Counted from the first letter of the stretch, positions 32,101 through 45,178 are shown. The stretch: DNA of 64,000 bases from an uncultured Phycisphaerales bacterium (GCA_963758525.1 CAVWVQ010000005.1:128001-192000), one strand, 5' to 3'. A program made the numbers and translations. The notes: generated by a model not told the origin, from the sequence alone.

Positions 32101-33595
32101 TGTATGCGGTCGTCCATCCGCCTGCGGGGGCGGGGATGCTGTAGGTGGCAACGCGGGTGTTTGAACCGGAATTTGAATCCACGCCAACGAAGGTGGCGAG
32201 CTGGGTGAATCCGGGGCCGCTGACCTGCAGATCCGTGCTGCCCAGTGACGTGGTATCAATCGGCGAAAAACCGGCATACGTCACGACCAGCTTTTCCGCC
32301 TGGCTGCCAGCGGCGTTGACGTTCGCTCCAGACGTCAGACTCGCGGTGGGATTTGCGCTTGCAACGACCGTCAGCGGGGCGGTGACGGCGGTATAGGCAT
32401 ATCGCGTGTCCCCCTGCGCATCCGTCACTTTCGCGACAAGCCAATAAGTGCCCGGCGTCACGCCTGCGGTCGAGAGCGTAGAGGTGCTATTGGTAATCGT
32501 GTTCGCCTGTGCCAGGTTCACACTGCCGAGCGTGTAGGCGAAGGCGTTGTTGTAGGGATTGCGGTCGGTGTCCAGATAGAACGTAACGGTGTCGGCACTG
32601 TCGCGATCCTCATGGAGATAGCTGACCTGCATCGAGTTGTTGGTGGCGACAGTGTTGCCGCCCATGACTGCAAGATCGGTAACGTTGCCCCACTGCGTGC
32701 CCACCTGACCGGCGGCAGTGCGCGTGCCGGTGCCCCCCGAGGCCGTCCAGACTCCGCTCAGAGGGCGAGCGCCGCCCTCGATGGCGGAATACAGGAAGCC
32801 GGTGGCGTCGTGCGCCGGCATGGTGGGGGTGTTGCCGTACCAGTCGCTGTAGATCGGACCTTCGCCGCTGTAGGTGGCAGTCTGGTCGATCGTCCCGTTG
32901 TAGTAGCCGGCGGGCGCAAGATGGGGCGTCGAGTAGCCGGCATCGTCGGTGTCGAGCCAATAGACGTTGAGGTTGTAGGCGCCGGCGACGGGGTCGCCGT
33001 CATTGATCTGGCTGGCACTTCCATCATTGCGCCAGTAGTTGTCCGAAAACGCGACGTTGTCATAGAGGGTCGTGGGCGCATCGCCCTGAGCGGCGATCGG
33101 ATCGGGGTCGCAATACGTTTCCTGATCGACCCAGATGCCCGCCTGCCCGAGTGTTTGCGAGATGCCGTCCATCAAAGACGCGCCGCGGCTGACGCCGACT
33201 TCGTGAATCGGCAGCGAGGCCAGGTCTATGCCGTCAACCGGAGTGCTCATCATGTAATTGGCGATGACCGAGCCGATGTAGCTTCCGGGGTAGATCGGGT
33301 TGGCGCTGATGTTGTAATAATCGATGATCAGGATGATCTCGCCGCTGGTGCTGGTTTGCGGGGTCGCTGTTCCACTCACATGAGAGATGCTTCCAAAGAG
33401 TTGTTCGTTGGCAGGGTTGGCGTCGACCGTCAGTACGTATTGCGGGACTTGAGAAGGGCCGCCCATTTTGGCGGTGATCTCAGCGGCCATTGTCTGGATC
33501 CAGCCGTTGGTTCCCCCGAGCCGTCCGGTAGCGAGGATGGTCACGCCCGCGAAGAGTGTTCGAGACTCCAGGGTTTCAACGAATGAGCGATTCAT
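29196..33595 (-). CDS. Large exported modular surface protein 1 (~1465 aa after correcting a frameshift near 30700)
   Basis: ETLESRTLFA export motif, GVSRG hydrolase-like head, four Ig-like repeats and three DW(A)xWG domains; ORFs 30677-33595 and 29196-31184 join. Confidence 0.85.
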
Positions 33596-33948
33596 GATTG
33601 TCCGTGCCTTCTATGAGGGGTCGTGAGGATCTGAAGTTGCAACTCGATCCTGTCGCGGGTTCTAGACTCACGCGCGATCCACGTCCCATAGCTGAAAGAG
33701 CCGCATTTGCACTGTGCAGGCCAGCCAAATCAGCTTGCCCCAGAAACCCGGAAAAGCAAATTCCTGCCACGTCGGTTTCGATGCGTGGGCATGGCCGAAA
33801 AACGCCAGAAGTGACCAGATTGGAGGGGACCGTCCGTAGAGACCGCGGGATCCCATGAGACGCTGTCAAGGTGGGGAAGCCGGGCCAGTCCGGCGAGTCT
33901 TATGATGGTGACGAGCGCGGGTCCGGCGCGCCCGATTTCTGGTGCACC

Positions 33949-36900
33949 TCATCCAGCGACCAAGGCTGCCGCGATCAGATCCACGCTGCCGCCGTTTCCG
34001 TTGATGTTGGTGGATTTGACGTAACTGATGGTGAGCGTCTGTCCGGCCGAAGCGGCCTTGTAGGTGATGGTGTAGAGATTGGTGTAGAGGCCGTTGCCCG
34101 AGGCGCTGAGCACAACATCAGGGGCCGCTCCGCCGGAGAGATGGGCCGTGAGTGTGCTGCCGCTGGAATTTCCGCCGGCATAGACGTAAAGCGTGCGTGT
34201 GGTGGTGTCCGCCGGAACGGTGAAGGAATACCCGGCGCCGATGGCATTATTGGCCCAGATGTAGGCGTTGTCCGCCGAATCGCTTGCGGTCGGCGCGCCA
34301 TCATTCCAGGAAACCGCGCGGCTCGGATCGTAATACGACCCGACATTTCCCGATCCGAGAACGGTGACGTTGCTGATCTGCGAGGAGCCGGCGGCCTTGT
34401 GATCGAAATTGCCATAGACGTTGCCGCGTCCCCAATGGGCCCAGTCGCTGGTGCCGAGCGCGGTGAGATTGTAGCTGGAGGCGGCAACTGCCTGCACTCC
34501 GCTGAGGGAGCCGGCGCCGGAAGCGGGGATGGCGATTTGGAAATTTCCCAGCGTGGCCTGCACCGCAAAGTTGTTGCTGGTATCAGCGACGGAGCCGCCG
34601 ACAAGGGTGACGGTGTAGCTTCCGTTGGCGGCCATGGTCCAGCCGCCAGAGGGCGCGGCGACGGAGTAGGTCGCGGTGATCGTCGCGCCGTTGCCCGAAG
34701 GCGACGCGCTGACGAACTTGGCGGTCTGACTGGTTGGGCCGGTCAGCCCGATGTTGCCGCTGGCCAGACTGGACGCGTTCACTGCGACGTTATCGGTGTA
34801 GACGACTTTCAGCGTCACCGCTGTCGAAGAAGAGGTGATCGGGGGCACCGCCTGAAGAACGGCCTGCGGCTTGGTCGTATCGGCCACCGGCGCGCCTGCG
34901 AGGTATGCGGCGATGAGATCGACGCTGCCGCCGGTGCCGTTGATGTTAGTGCTCTTGACGTAGCTGATGGTCAGCTTCTGGCCCGCTGAAGCAGCCCTGT
35001 AGGTGATGGTGTAGAGGTTCGTGTAGAGAGCATTGCCCGAAGCGGTGAAGACCACATCGGCCGCCGATTTGTCGGAGAGATGGGCGGTGAGGGTTCCGCC
35101 GCTGGAGTATCCACCGGCATCGATGTAGAGCGTCCGCGTGGTGGTGTCCGCGGGAGCAGTGAAGGAGTAGCCGGCGCCGATGGCGTTGTTGGCCCAGATG
35201 TAGCCGTGCTCATTAGTGTCGGATGCGTCGGGCGTTCCATCGGTCCAGGAGGCATTGCGCGAGTTGTCGGAATAGCCGCCATAGCTGCCGTTACCGAGTG
35301 TGGTGACGTTGGAGATCTGTGAGCCGCCGGTCGCTTTGTGGTCGAAGTTGCCGAGGGTGGCTCCGCGGCCCCAGTAAGCCCAGTCAGCCGTGCCCAGAGT
35401 GGTCAGGTTGTAGCTGGAGGCGGGCGCGTTTTGAGAGCCGGCCAGAGAGCCGCCAAGCGCGACCGAGAAGCTGCCGATCATCCCTGAAGGAACGTACTGC
35501 TTGCTGGTGTCATAGACCTGGTTGGCCTGGACGGCAACGGTGTAAGCGCCGTTGTTGGCGGTAGTCCACCCGCCTGCGGGGGCGGGAATGCTGTAGGTGG
35601 CAACGCGCGTGTACGAGCCGCTGCTGGCACTAACGCCGACGTAGGTCGCCAATTGCTTGAAGCCGGGGCCGGTGACTTGCAGATCAGCGCTGTCGAGAGA
35701 AGTCACATTGATCGGAGCGGAACTCGCATAGGTAACCACGAGCTTCTCAGCCTGGCTGGCGGCGCCGCCGACGTTAATGTTCGGGGCGGAAGTCAGACTT
35801 GCGGTCGGTCCGGTGCTTGCGGTGACGGTAAGCGGAGCGGTGACGGCGTTGTAGGTGTAGCGTGTGTCTCCCTGAGCATCTGTCACCTTGGCGACCAGCC
35901 AGTAGGTGCCCGGCGTCACGCCGGCGGTGGAGAGCGCGGCGGTGCTCTTGGTGACCGTGTTCGTCTGTCCCAGATTCACACTGCCGAGTGTGTAAGCGAA
36001 TGCGTTGTTGTACGGATTGCGATCAGAGTCTAGATAGAACGTGATGGTGTCGGCACTGTCGCGGTCTTCGTGGAGATAGCTGACTTGCAATGAATTGCCG
36101 GTGGCGATGCTGCTGCCGCTGGTGACGGCAAGATCGGTCGCATCGCCCCATTGCGTGCCAGCCTGTCCGGCGGCGGTGCGCGTGCCGGTGCCTCCCGACG
36201 CCGTCCAGACTCCGCTCAAAGGGCGCACTCCGCCCTCAATCGCGGAATACAGAAATCCGGTGGCGTTGCGCCCGGCATGGTCGGCGTGTTGCCGTACCAG
36301 TCGCTGTAGATCGGGCCTTCGCCGCTCTGCGTGGCGGTGAGATCGATCGTGCCGTTGTAGTAGCCCGCGGGAGCAAGATGCGGCGTCGAGTAGCCCGCGC
36401 TATCGGTATCGAGAAAAGGCAGGTTCAAGTTGTAAGCGCCATTGACGGGGTCGCCGTCATTAATCTGGCTTGCGCTGCCGTCGTTGCGCCAGTAATTGTC
36501 GACGAATGCGACGTTGTCGTAGATGGTGGTCGCAGCGTCGCCCTGCGCGGCGATCGGATCTGGATCGAGATACGTTTCCTGATCGACCCAGACGCCTGCC
36601 TGACCGAGCGTTTGGGCCATGCCGTCCATCAACGACGATCCGCGGCTGACGCCCACCGCGTGAATCGGAAGGGACGCCAGCAGGATGCCATCCACGGGAG
36701 TGCTCATCATGTAATTGGCGATGACAGAACCGATATATGAGCCGGGATAGATCGGGTTGGCGCTGATGTTGTAATAATTGACAAGGACGATGATCTCGCC
36801 GCTGGTGTTGGTCTGCGGGGTCGCCGTTCCGCTCACGTGAGATATGCTCGCAAACAGTTGCTCGTTGGACGGGTTTGCATCGACCGTCAGCACGTACTGC

Positions 36901-37058
36901 GGAACCTGAGATGCGCCGCCCAGCTTGGCGGTGATCTCATTGGCCATGGTCTGCATCCAGCCGTTGGTGCCCCCGAGCCTTCCGGTGGCAAGGACGGTCA
37001 CCCCTGCAAAAAGTCTGCGCGGCTCCAATGTTTCGACGAATGAAAATGAGCGATTCAT
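33949..37058 (-). CDS. Large exported modular surface protein 2 (~1035 aa; frameshift near 36270)
   Basis: ETLEPRRLFA motif, the same head domain, two Ig-like repeats and two DWAxWG domains. Confidence 0.85.
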
Positions 37059-37504
37059 GATTTTTCCCGAACTCCTGCACATGATGCCGAACAAGTGACG
37101 ACCCAGAAACATTGCACTTTTAAGTAGTCATTCCTAAAGATCTGAGGAGCTGGATCGGTCTGGCGAATGTTGCGCCGTCAGCATTGCGGATTGGATCAAT
37201 AAAGCAAGTCCTTGACTTTTCATTTTATAGGACCTGAACGTGGGCTAATACGCTCAAAAGCGTCATATTATGGATCAAGCCGCTGCCCCGGCGGGCAGTG
37301 CGATGAGTCCGCTGTTAAGCGGGGAAAGATCAGGCGTGGTTCTCGCTCCCTGATCGTCGATATAGGAACCGGATTCCTGATAATCCCTTTGACGGCCATG
37401 GGAAAAACGCAAATTGCAAAGCTGGTCTGACCGACTATCCAACATGGAGTGGGTCGTCGGCCCGACGTTGGCTCTCTCCTCGCCTCTGCAAAGTTGGTGT
37501 CATC

Positions 37505-38766
37505 ATGCGACGAACACTGGGTATCCTGCTTCTCACCGTTGCCGTCCTGCAGCTAGGGTTTCGGGGACTGCAACGCGTGCGCGCTGACGTGCCCGCCTGG
37601 GATTTTGCCTCGGTTTATGCCGCGGCGCGGACTTGGATGCATGGCGGAGATCCGTACGATCTGCCCGCCGTGGTCGCGACCTGGCGCGGCGCGGGGGCTT
37701 TCGCTCATCGCGATGTCAGCTACTTCGCGACCGTCTACCCACCAAGCTCGCTGGTGACGATCATGCCGCTGGCGGTGTTGCCCGCCGCTCCCGCAATGAT
37801 CCTGTGGATGGCACTGACCATCGCTTTGTTGGCACTGCAATTTCTGGCGCTGGGGGACATGGCGCATCTGGACCGGCGCGACCCGCGGATGCTCATTCTC
37901 ATCGGTGCGTCACTCGCCTCGGCGGCGCTGCAATTCGGCATTCTTTCGGGCCAACTCTCCATACCAGCGATATCGCTTTGCATCATCGCGTTCTGGTGCG
38001 CTGGCCGGCAACGCGACACGCTCGCCGGCGTTCTCCTCGGATTGGCGTGCGCGGTCAAGCCGCAGGTTGCGGCGCCGTTTGCCCTCTACTACATGATTCT
38101 TCGCAGGTTCAATCTGGTTGGATTCACCATCCTCATTGGGGCGGCGATCTGGATCGTGGCGCTGATCGCGATGCACGGTTCGCACGTCGACTGGATCGAT
38201 GGATGGAAACACAGCGTCGCCGAAACAACGCGCGTCGGCGGCGTGAACGATTATGGGTGGAGCAATCGTTTTCGCGATGAAATCGTGGACCTGAAAATGG
38301 TGCTCGTCGGGTTCCTGCATCGCCCGGCAGTTCTGCGCGCGGGGTGGAGAGCATCGTGGTCGTGCTCGTCGCCTGTTATGTAGCGTGGTTCCCCCGCGGC
38401 GAAAAGCGGACGTCGCGGAATGAGTTGCTGGCGCTGTCGGCTCTTGGAGCAATTTGCCTGCTCCCGGTCTATCACCGCGTGTATGACGTTGCCCTGCTCA
38501 CCACCGCCCTTGCGTGGGCTCTGGCCGAACTGGACGGGCCGCGGCGGGGCTATGCCAGGGCGCTGCTGATCCCGATGGCGTTTTTTCTCATCCCGTTCGA
38601 CAGCGTCAAATCGGTTGGCAACCGCCTGCATCGTCTTTCAGGACTTTCGCAAAAGTGGTGGTGGCAGTCCCTTGTCCTGCCGCATTATGCCTGGGCGCTG
38701 CTGGCGACAACGATCGTGCTGCTGCTGGCAATGCGGGCTTTATCTACCAAACCCAGTCAAAGGTAG
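37505..38766 (+). CDS. GT87/DUF2029-like membrane glycosyltransferase (GT-C), frameshift near 38345
   Basis: DFASVYAAA...DPY, VYPP, SGQ, GLACAVKPQ and HRVYD motifs. Confidence 0.8.
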
Positions 38767-38781
38767 TGGGGGCGCGTAAAG

Positions 38782-38807
38782 GGAGCCGCGGATGTACATC
38801 CGCGGCT
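38782..38807 (+). repeat. REP palindrome (family A) between convergent genes
   Basis: GGAGCCGCGGATGTACATCCGCGGCT. Confidence 0.7.
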
Positions 38808-38865
38808 TAGATCTGTTTCCGTACATTTGTAACTAAACGGGAGAGAACTGCTCGGTGAGATCAAG

Positions 38866-39771
38866 TCACGCTATCAACTGCGGATTCTCGGCTTCCTCGA
38901 CCGCGTTCAGGTCGAAGGCAGTTCGCGAATGCTTGAGCTGCCAAAGCTCCTTGAACGTGCGCAGGATTACGCGAAGGTTGGCGCCGGTGGGTTTGCCGGC
39001 GGTGCGCGGATAATGCGGAACGGCAGTTTCGTCCCAGACAATCCTGGCGTTCTTCAGCGCGAAGAACATCTCCCCATTGATCAGCGCGCCGGTGGCATAG
39101 ACCGGGCGGATGGTTTTCCAAATCGACCGACGAAATAGTTTCATCCCGCAGTTCAAGTCCGAGGGGTGAACCCCCAGCATGGTGCGGACGAGCAAGTTGT
39201 ACAAACGGCTGTTCAGTTTCCGCTGGAACGTGTCGGCCCGCTTTTCGCGGAAGCCGGTGACGTAATCGGCTTGAGCGGTCAACGGGAAGAGCCGGCTGAT
39301 GTCGCTGGCATGGAACTGCCCGTCAGAGTCCATGAATGCAATCCAATTCTTCTCGGCCTGATCGCACCCGGACCGCACCGCCGCGCCATATCCCTGATTT
39401 TTCTCGTGATGGACCACTTTCAGCTTCGGTATTTCACTTTGGAGCTTCCGCAGAAGGTCGAGCGACCCGTCGCTCGACCCGTCATCAGTCACGATAATCT
39501 CGCCATCGATCTGCGCGGCGGCAAACCATTGCTGTGAATCGCGGATCGTCTTCTCGATATTCTGCACTTCGTTAAAGCATGGAAGCACCAAGGACAGGCC
39601 GCCCTCGACCAGCGTTCCCGATGCATCCGGGCGCGTTGGAGTTTGCGGCACGGCGTGCCGCAGGGCACCCGTTCCGGCGGCGGAACGCTGCTGTTCCGGC
39701 CACGCTTTGGCAACGCCGCCAGAGGCGTTTCCGTGCGCGGAAGGACGGTTCTGGATTTGAGCAATCGACAT
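38866..39771 (-). CDS. GT2 glycosyltransferase (DPM/DPG synthase-like)
   Basis: SLVLPCFNE, DDGSSDG, NQGYG, FMDSDGQF, DLNCGMKL and HYPR.AG; start uncertain. Confidence 0.9.
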   Translation of the reverse strand: MSIAQIQNRPSAHGNASGGVAKAWPEQQRSAAGTGALRHAVPQTPTRPDASGTLVEGGLSLVLPCFNEVQNIEKTIRDSQQWFAAAQIDGEIIVTDDGSSDGSLDLLRKLQSEIPKLKVVHHEKNQGYGAAVRSGCDQAEKNWIAFMDSDGQFHASDISRLFPLTAQADYVTGFREKRADTFQRKLNSRLYNLLVRTMLGVHPSDLNCGMKLFRRSIWKTIRPVYATGALINGEMFFALKNARIVWDETAVPHYPRTAGKPTGANLRVILRTFKELWQLKHSRTAFDLNAVEEAENPQLIA

Positions 39772-39942
39772 CAGCGTTCTCCAGCGGTTGGTTCCGCGCT
39801 TAGTATTCATCACCGCTCGCGATAGGACAAATACTTCTTCTGATTATTTGTTTCGGCATCGGGCTAAAGCAAGTTAACGCACCGGAATGTCCGATATTGC
39901 TAACGCTACGCGAAAGGCCCCCGCAGTCATCGCTAAGTGATC

Positions 39943-41022
39943 TTACCCATTTAACCACGCCGTACGCGGCGATCGCCCTAATACTAGCACCACTACGATC
40001 GACCCAATCAGCGTAAGGAAGAAGTTCAGCATGTCCAGTGCTGGCGAGGCAGGAAAATGCATGTGCGACACCAAGGCGCGAACGAACTCAGCAATCAGCA
40101 CATGGCATAGATAAATCCCATAGCTATATCGTCCAATCCGCGCCAAGATCGGAACCCACGCTCCGTTCCACGGCGCCAGTGCCGCAAGCATGCAACCCAG
40201 CCCCGACAGCGCACGAGGTACAAGTTGAATGCCGTTAATGGCTTGCTGCACGGAACAGACGGTTGCGAGAACGATCCCCACGATCCCCGTTGTCATCGAA
40301 ACGGAGTACACCACCGGCCCCGCTGTCATAAACCAGGCAAACGCCAAGCCCCAACACGCGGCAGGCAGCGCTCGCCAATCCTGCACGTAGGCGTAGGTCG
40401 GATTGTCAAACACCTGGTTCCAACTGGCGGGCATGTGAACATAGGCAATCACGGCGCCGGCCGCGACCGCAGTCAGGATCAGCGGCCAGCGGAACTTGCG
40501 ATGGTCCCGCAACACTGTCCAATGGATCAGAGCCAGCAGAATGGAGCCGGCCAGAAGAAACGGCAAAAACCAAAGGTGATATTCGATCCCCTTCCACAAG
40601 AGGCCGGGATGTAATCGAACCAGGCTCTTGTGCGCAAGGATCCTTCCCGCATCACGGGCAAAGAGATAAATCGCGCTCCAGGCGAGGAAGGGGTAATAAA
40701 GCCGCTTGACGCGCCCCAGAACGTACTGCCAAAACGTTTTGTCTGTTTTTCGGCGGAAAGAGAGCGACTGAAAGTAGAACGAGGCAAATAAGTAAAACGG
40801 CACGGCGAAGCGGAATAGGTCCCGTGAAGCATCCAGCGCCGGATACCTCACTGAATGGATGTAGACGATTCCCGCGGCAGCAACGAGCCTGATCACGTCA
40901 ATCGCTTCGTTGCGCGGCTTGGAACGCACAACCGGTTGCGACTCACCGCTAATGACGTCTTTGGCAGGGGGGTTGCTGCACAGCGCCGCCCCGGATGGCT
41001 GAACCGCGTATTCCGTGCTCAT
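39943..41022 (-). CDS. Acyltransferase 3 (OafA-type) membrane protein
   Basis: ID.IR, H, FAVP.Y, R.KRL..P, YHLWFL and SYGIYL.H. Confidence 0.88.
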   Translation of the reverse strand: MSTEYAVQPSGAALCSNPPAKDVISGESQPVVRSKPRNEAIDVIRLVAAAGIVYIHSVRYPALDASRDLFRFAVPFYLFASFYFQSLSFRRKTDKTFWQYVLGRVKRLYYPFLAWSAIYLFARDAGRILAHKSLVRLHPGLLWKGIEYHLWFLPFLLAGSILLALIHWTVLRDHRKFRWPLILTAVAAGAVIAYVHMPASWNQVFDNPTYAYVQDWRALPAACWGLAFAWFMTAGPVVYSVSMTTGIVGIVLATVCSVQQAINGIQLVPRALSGLGCMLAALAPWNGAWVPILARIGRYSYGIYLCHVLIAEFVRALVSHMHFPASPALDMLNFFLTLIGSIVVVLVLGRSPRTAWLNG

Positions 41023-41243
41023 GATAGTTCGCATTCTCGGAACCGTTGGGGGCCGCTGTCAATTTTGAGCGAGAAGATTTCCCAAAGGATTCGGCGATCC
41101 TTTCCCTGACCTCGGTTTGCCTGCGTCCGTTTCTGTTGCATATTCAATTCGACGCACACAGCGCTGCCTGAGCCGGCTTTGCTCCGAATCGGAGATTGCC
41201 GTGCATCATCGGCGGGATGTGCCCGGGAATTTATTCCAAAGCC

Positions 41244-43726
41244 ATGCATAGCTCGATGATTGAAACCCTGGAGTCCCGCACGCTGTTCGCGGGTGTAACG
41301 ATTCTTGCCACTGGCAGGCTCGGCGGAACCAATGGCTGGATACAGACAATGTCGGACGCGATCACGACCCAACTCGGCGGGCCGTCGCAGGTCCCGCAAT
41401 ATGTGCTGTCGATCAACGCGGATCCCAACACCGAAGACCTGGTTCCCAGCATTCAGCATGTTGATGGCACCGCCACGCCGCAAACCAGCAGCAGCGGCGA
41501 GATCATCCTGGTGATCGACTATTACAACATCAGCGCCAACCCAATCTATTCGTCGACATACATCGGCTCGGTTATCGCTGATTACATGATGAATACCCCG
41601 GTCGATGGCATCCAACTCGCGTCGCTTCCGATCCACGAGATCGGCGTCAGTCGCGGAGCTGCAGTGATGGACGGGATCTCCCAGACCCTTGGACAGGCCG
41701 GCGTCTGGGTCGACCAGGAAACGTATTGCGATCCCGATCCGATCGCGGCGCAGGGGGATCCGCCATCCACCATTTATGACAACGTTGCTTTTGTCGACGA
41801 CTACTGGCGCAACGATGGAAGCGCGAGTCAGATCAACGACGGCAATCCCGTCAACGGCGCATCGAACCTGAATGTGTACTGGCTGGATAGTGACGATGCC
41901 GGCTACTCCACTCCGCATCTTGCCCCTGCTGGCTATTACGTCGGCACAATCGACCAAAATGCCACCTACAGCGGCGAAGGTCCGATTTACAGCGATTGGT
42001 ATGGGACCACGCCTGACATGCCCGCACGCGATCAAACCGGATGGATTTATTCCAGCATCGTCGGGGCGGCCCGCCCGCTGAGCGGCGTGTGGGCAGCCTC
42101 GGGCGGCACGGGCACGCGCACCGCCGCCGGGCAGACAGACGCACAATGGGGCAACGCAACGGACCTGGCCGTCAGTGGAGGTAACACAGTCACTGCCAAC
42201 AACTCGATGCAGGTGAGCTACATCCATCAGGATCGCGACAGCGCGGACACAATCACGTTTTATCTGGACTCTGATCGCAATCCCTGCAACAACGCATTCG
42301 CTTACACGCTCGGCAGCGTGAACCTGCCGGAGACGGATCTGATCACCAAGAGCACTGCCAGGCTTTCCACCGCGGGCGTGGCGCCCGGCACGTACTGGCT
42401 GTGCGCGAAGATTACCGATGCCCAGGGAAATACGCGCTACACCTACAATGCGGTGACATCGCCGCTCACGGTGCAGCGCCCGGCGCCATCAGCGGCAGGG
42501 TCTTCAATGACGTGAACGCCGACGGCGTACTTGACGCAGGCGACCACGGCGCGGCCGGTCGAGTGGTCTACGTCGATCTCGAGGGAAGCGGACAGGATCA
42601 GCCGGCCGATCCTTGCGCGGTCACGGACGCCAACGGCAATTACACCATCACCGGCCTGACGCCTGGAATCGCGCTGACCGTGCGCGAGGTCGTACCTGCC
42701 GGAATGCGGCAGACCGCTGCGCCGTCATCAACGGTGACGCTCTCCGCCGGGCAGACAGCGACCGTCGCCAACTTCGCAACAACTCAAATTCTGGGCGGCC
42801 TGCGCGGCACGGTGTTCAACGACCTGGACGGCAACGGTGTCTTGGACCCCGGCGAGCCTGGTTTGGCGGGGCGCATGGTATACGTCGACCTGGACGGAAG
42901 CGGCCAATACAAAACAACCGATCCGTCTGCAATCACCGACGCGAACGGCAACTACACGATCAACGGCTTGACCCCCGGGGGGGCAGTTATTGTCCGGGAA
43001 GCAGTCCCGGCTGGAATGCGCGAGACGACGGCCCCAGCCAGTGCCGTGACCATCGTTCCGAGCGAGATTGTGACCGTCGCTGATTTCGCAACAACCCAGA
43101 TTCCTGCCGCCGTCACTGGCAGGTCCTTCGACGACACCAACGGCAACGGCGTGCAGGATGCCGGCGAAGCGAGCGTCGCCGGACTCCTGGTCTACGTCGA
43201 TCTGGACGGCAGTGGGAAATACGAATCGAACGATCCGTCTGCTGTCACCGACGCGAACGGCAATTATGCGATCACGGGCTTGGCGCCCGGTGTTCCGCTG
43301 ATCATTGACGCGGTCATCCCCAGCGACATGCGACAGACGGCGGCGCCCGCCGCGCCCTTGACCCTCTCGGCAGGGCAGACGTTGAGCGGCGCTGACTTTG
43401 GAATCACCCAAACCGCGCTGATCCGCGGAGTTGTCGTCCTCAAGGACATTCCCGACACCCCGGCGCTGAGTTCGCCGAACGGCTTCGAGCTGATTCTCAC
43501 GCAGCATCCACTGCGCGGGAAGGTGAAGAAGTTCATCAGCTTCACGAATCCTGACGGAACTTTCGCCTTCAATGGCATCGAACCCGATGCAAGCGACACT
43601 CTGCAGCTTGTGAAACGGAAAGGATTTAAGCTCGCACCACACTCCCGCGATCGTTACAAACTGCGCATCAGTGATGGGGAGGTGGCAAACGGGATTGTCT
43701 TCTCACAGGTTCCGGTGTTCCGGTGA
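41244..43726 (+). CDS. Large exported modular surface protein 3 (hydrolase-like head plus three SdrD-B-like repeats; frameshift near 42490)
   Basis: ETLESRTLFA motif, GVSRG head, and three repeats of G.VF.D.(N/D)GNG..D.GE.G.....VY.DL.G.G...TDANGNY.I.GL. Confidence 0.85.
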
Positions 43727-43869
43727 TCCCTCCTGCGAGTCGCGTGCGGTTGAATAGAGAGGTTTTCGGTACACTGATACGATAACGCACGTCTGGCCAG
43801 TAGCCGACTCGGAATCAGCCCGATAATGTTACAATCCGGTCCTGCTGCTTGGCGGCGGCCGTTGGACCG

Positions 43870-45095
43870 ATGACTAGCTCGTCGATGAGTCTCTCCCTGA
43901 AAGAATCCTCGCCGGCCTCCGCGGCGCGCCCGGCCGCGGAGAGCATCAGGAAGTTTGCTGTCGCGATGTCGCTGGTCGCGGCGCTTCGCCTCTGTGTGCT
44001 CTGCACCGGGCTGCTGTCGGTGCATCTGGCGCCCAAAGGCACCGAGCCGCTCTTCAACTTTGCCCATCCCTGGCTGGCGTTCGATGCGCGCAGCTACCGC
44101 GAACTGGCTTTGCATGGCTATGCGGCAGACCGGAAGGGCACCCCATATCTTGACGGAACCACATTCACCCTGATCGCATACTTCCCGGCTTGGCCGTTCG
44201 TCAGCAGGGTGCTGTCGTTGATCCTGCCGATCGACGTCGCGATGGTGCTCCTGTCCAATGTCTGTTCAATCATTGGATTCGGCTTCCTATATGCGTGGGC
44301 ACGCCGGCTGGCGGGCGCTCGCGCAGCGTTGATCTGTGTTCTCATCGCCGCCACCTTCCCTGGAGCCGTCTCCTTTGCCGCCGGAATGACCGAGGGCCCG
44401 TTCTTCATGCTGGTCACGATCACCCTCTGGCTGCTGGAAAGCGAACGGTTCTACTCCGCCGCCGTCCTGGCCGGCATCGCGACTGCCACCCGTCCGACGG
44501 GGCTCGCCTTGGCAATGATCGTGCCGATGTACGCATGGCTGCGTCACGGGAGCGTTCCACTGCAAAAGCGAGTGACGACCTTCGCCATCCTCAGCGCGAT
44601 CGGCCTAACCGGGATCGTCGGATACGAAGCGTTCCTATGGCACCGTTACGATTCACCCACGGCATATTTCGAAGCGCAAAAACATTGGAACCACCTGGAA
44701 GAACGAAGGCTTCAAGCCGAGGCTGCGAATCACATCAATCGCCATTCCCCCGACTTTTTCCTCGAAAGCATGACGCGCCCGCAGGTCTGGAATCGGGGGA
44801 TCGCCATCGCAACGCTGATCGTCATTCTCGCCGGACTGCTCAAGCCGGGCGCATTCCCCGCGTCACGTTATTGCTGCCACTGATCATCTTTGTGATGACA
44901 AGTCTTCCGGGACGGGGGCTGCGCATCAGCTCCGTGCCGCGATACGAATCGGCCGCCGCGCCCCTGTTCCTGCTGATCGCAATCTGGCTGTTTCCGCGAC
45001 GCCGGCTGGTCGTTTTGCTCGGTCTCCTCCTGATTCAGTTTTCGATTCAGATCTACTACGCCGCCCTTTTCCCCAGAGAGATCTGGGTTGGCTGA
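43870..45095 (+). CDS. PIG-V/GT76-like membrane mannosyltransferase (GT-C), frameshift near 44850
   Basis: FDARSY..LA.HGY, AYFPAWP, FP...F..GMTE..F, A.ATRPTG, AQK.W and S.PRY motifs. Confidence 0.8.
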
Positions 45096-45139
45096 ATGGG
45101 AAGTGAAATCAGCGGTCTTCTCTTACGTCCCAGAGCACG

Positions 45140-45178
45140 CCCGTACCCTTCGCGCGAACGGTGCGCGAAGGGTACGGG
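45140..45178. terminator. 16-bp stem hairpin between convergent genes
   Basis: CCCGTACCCTTCGCGC / GCGCGAAGGGTACGGG. Confidence 0.6.
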
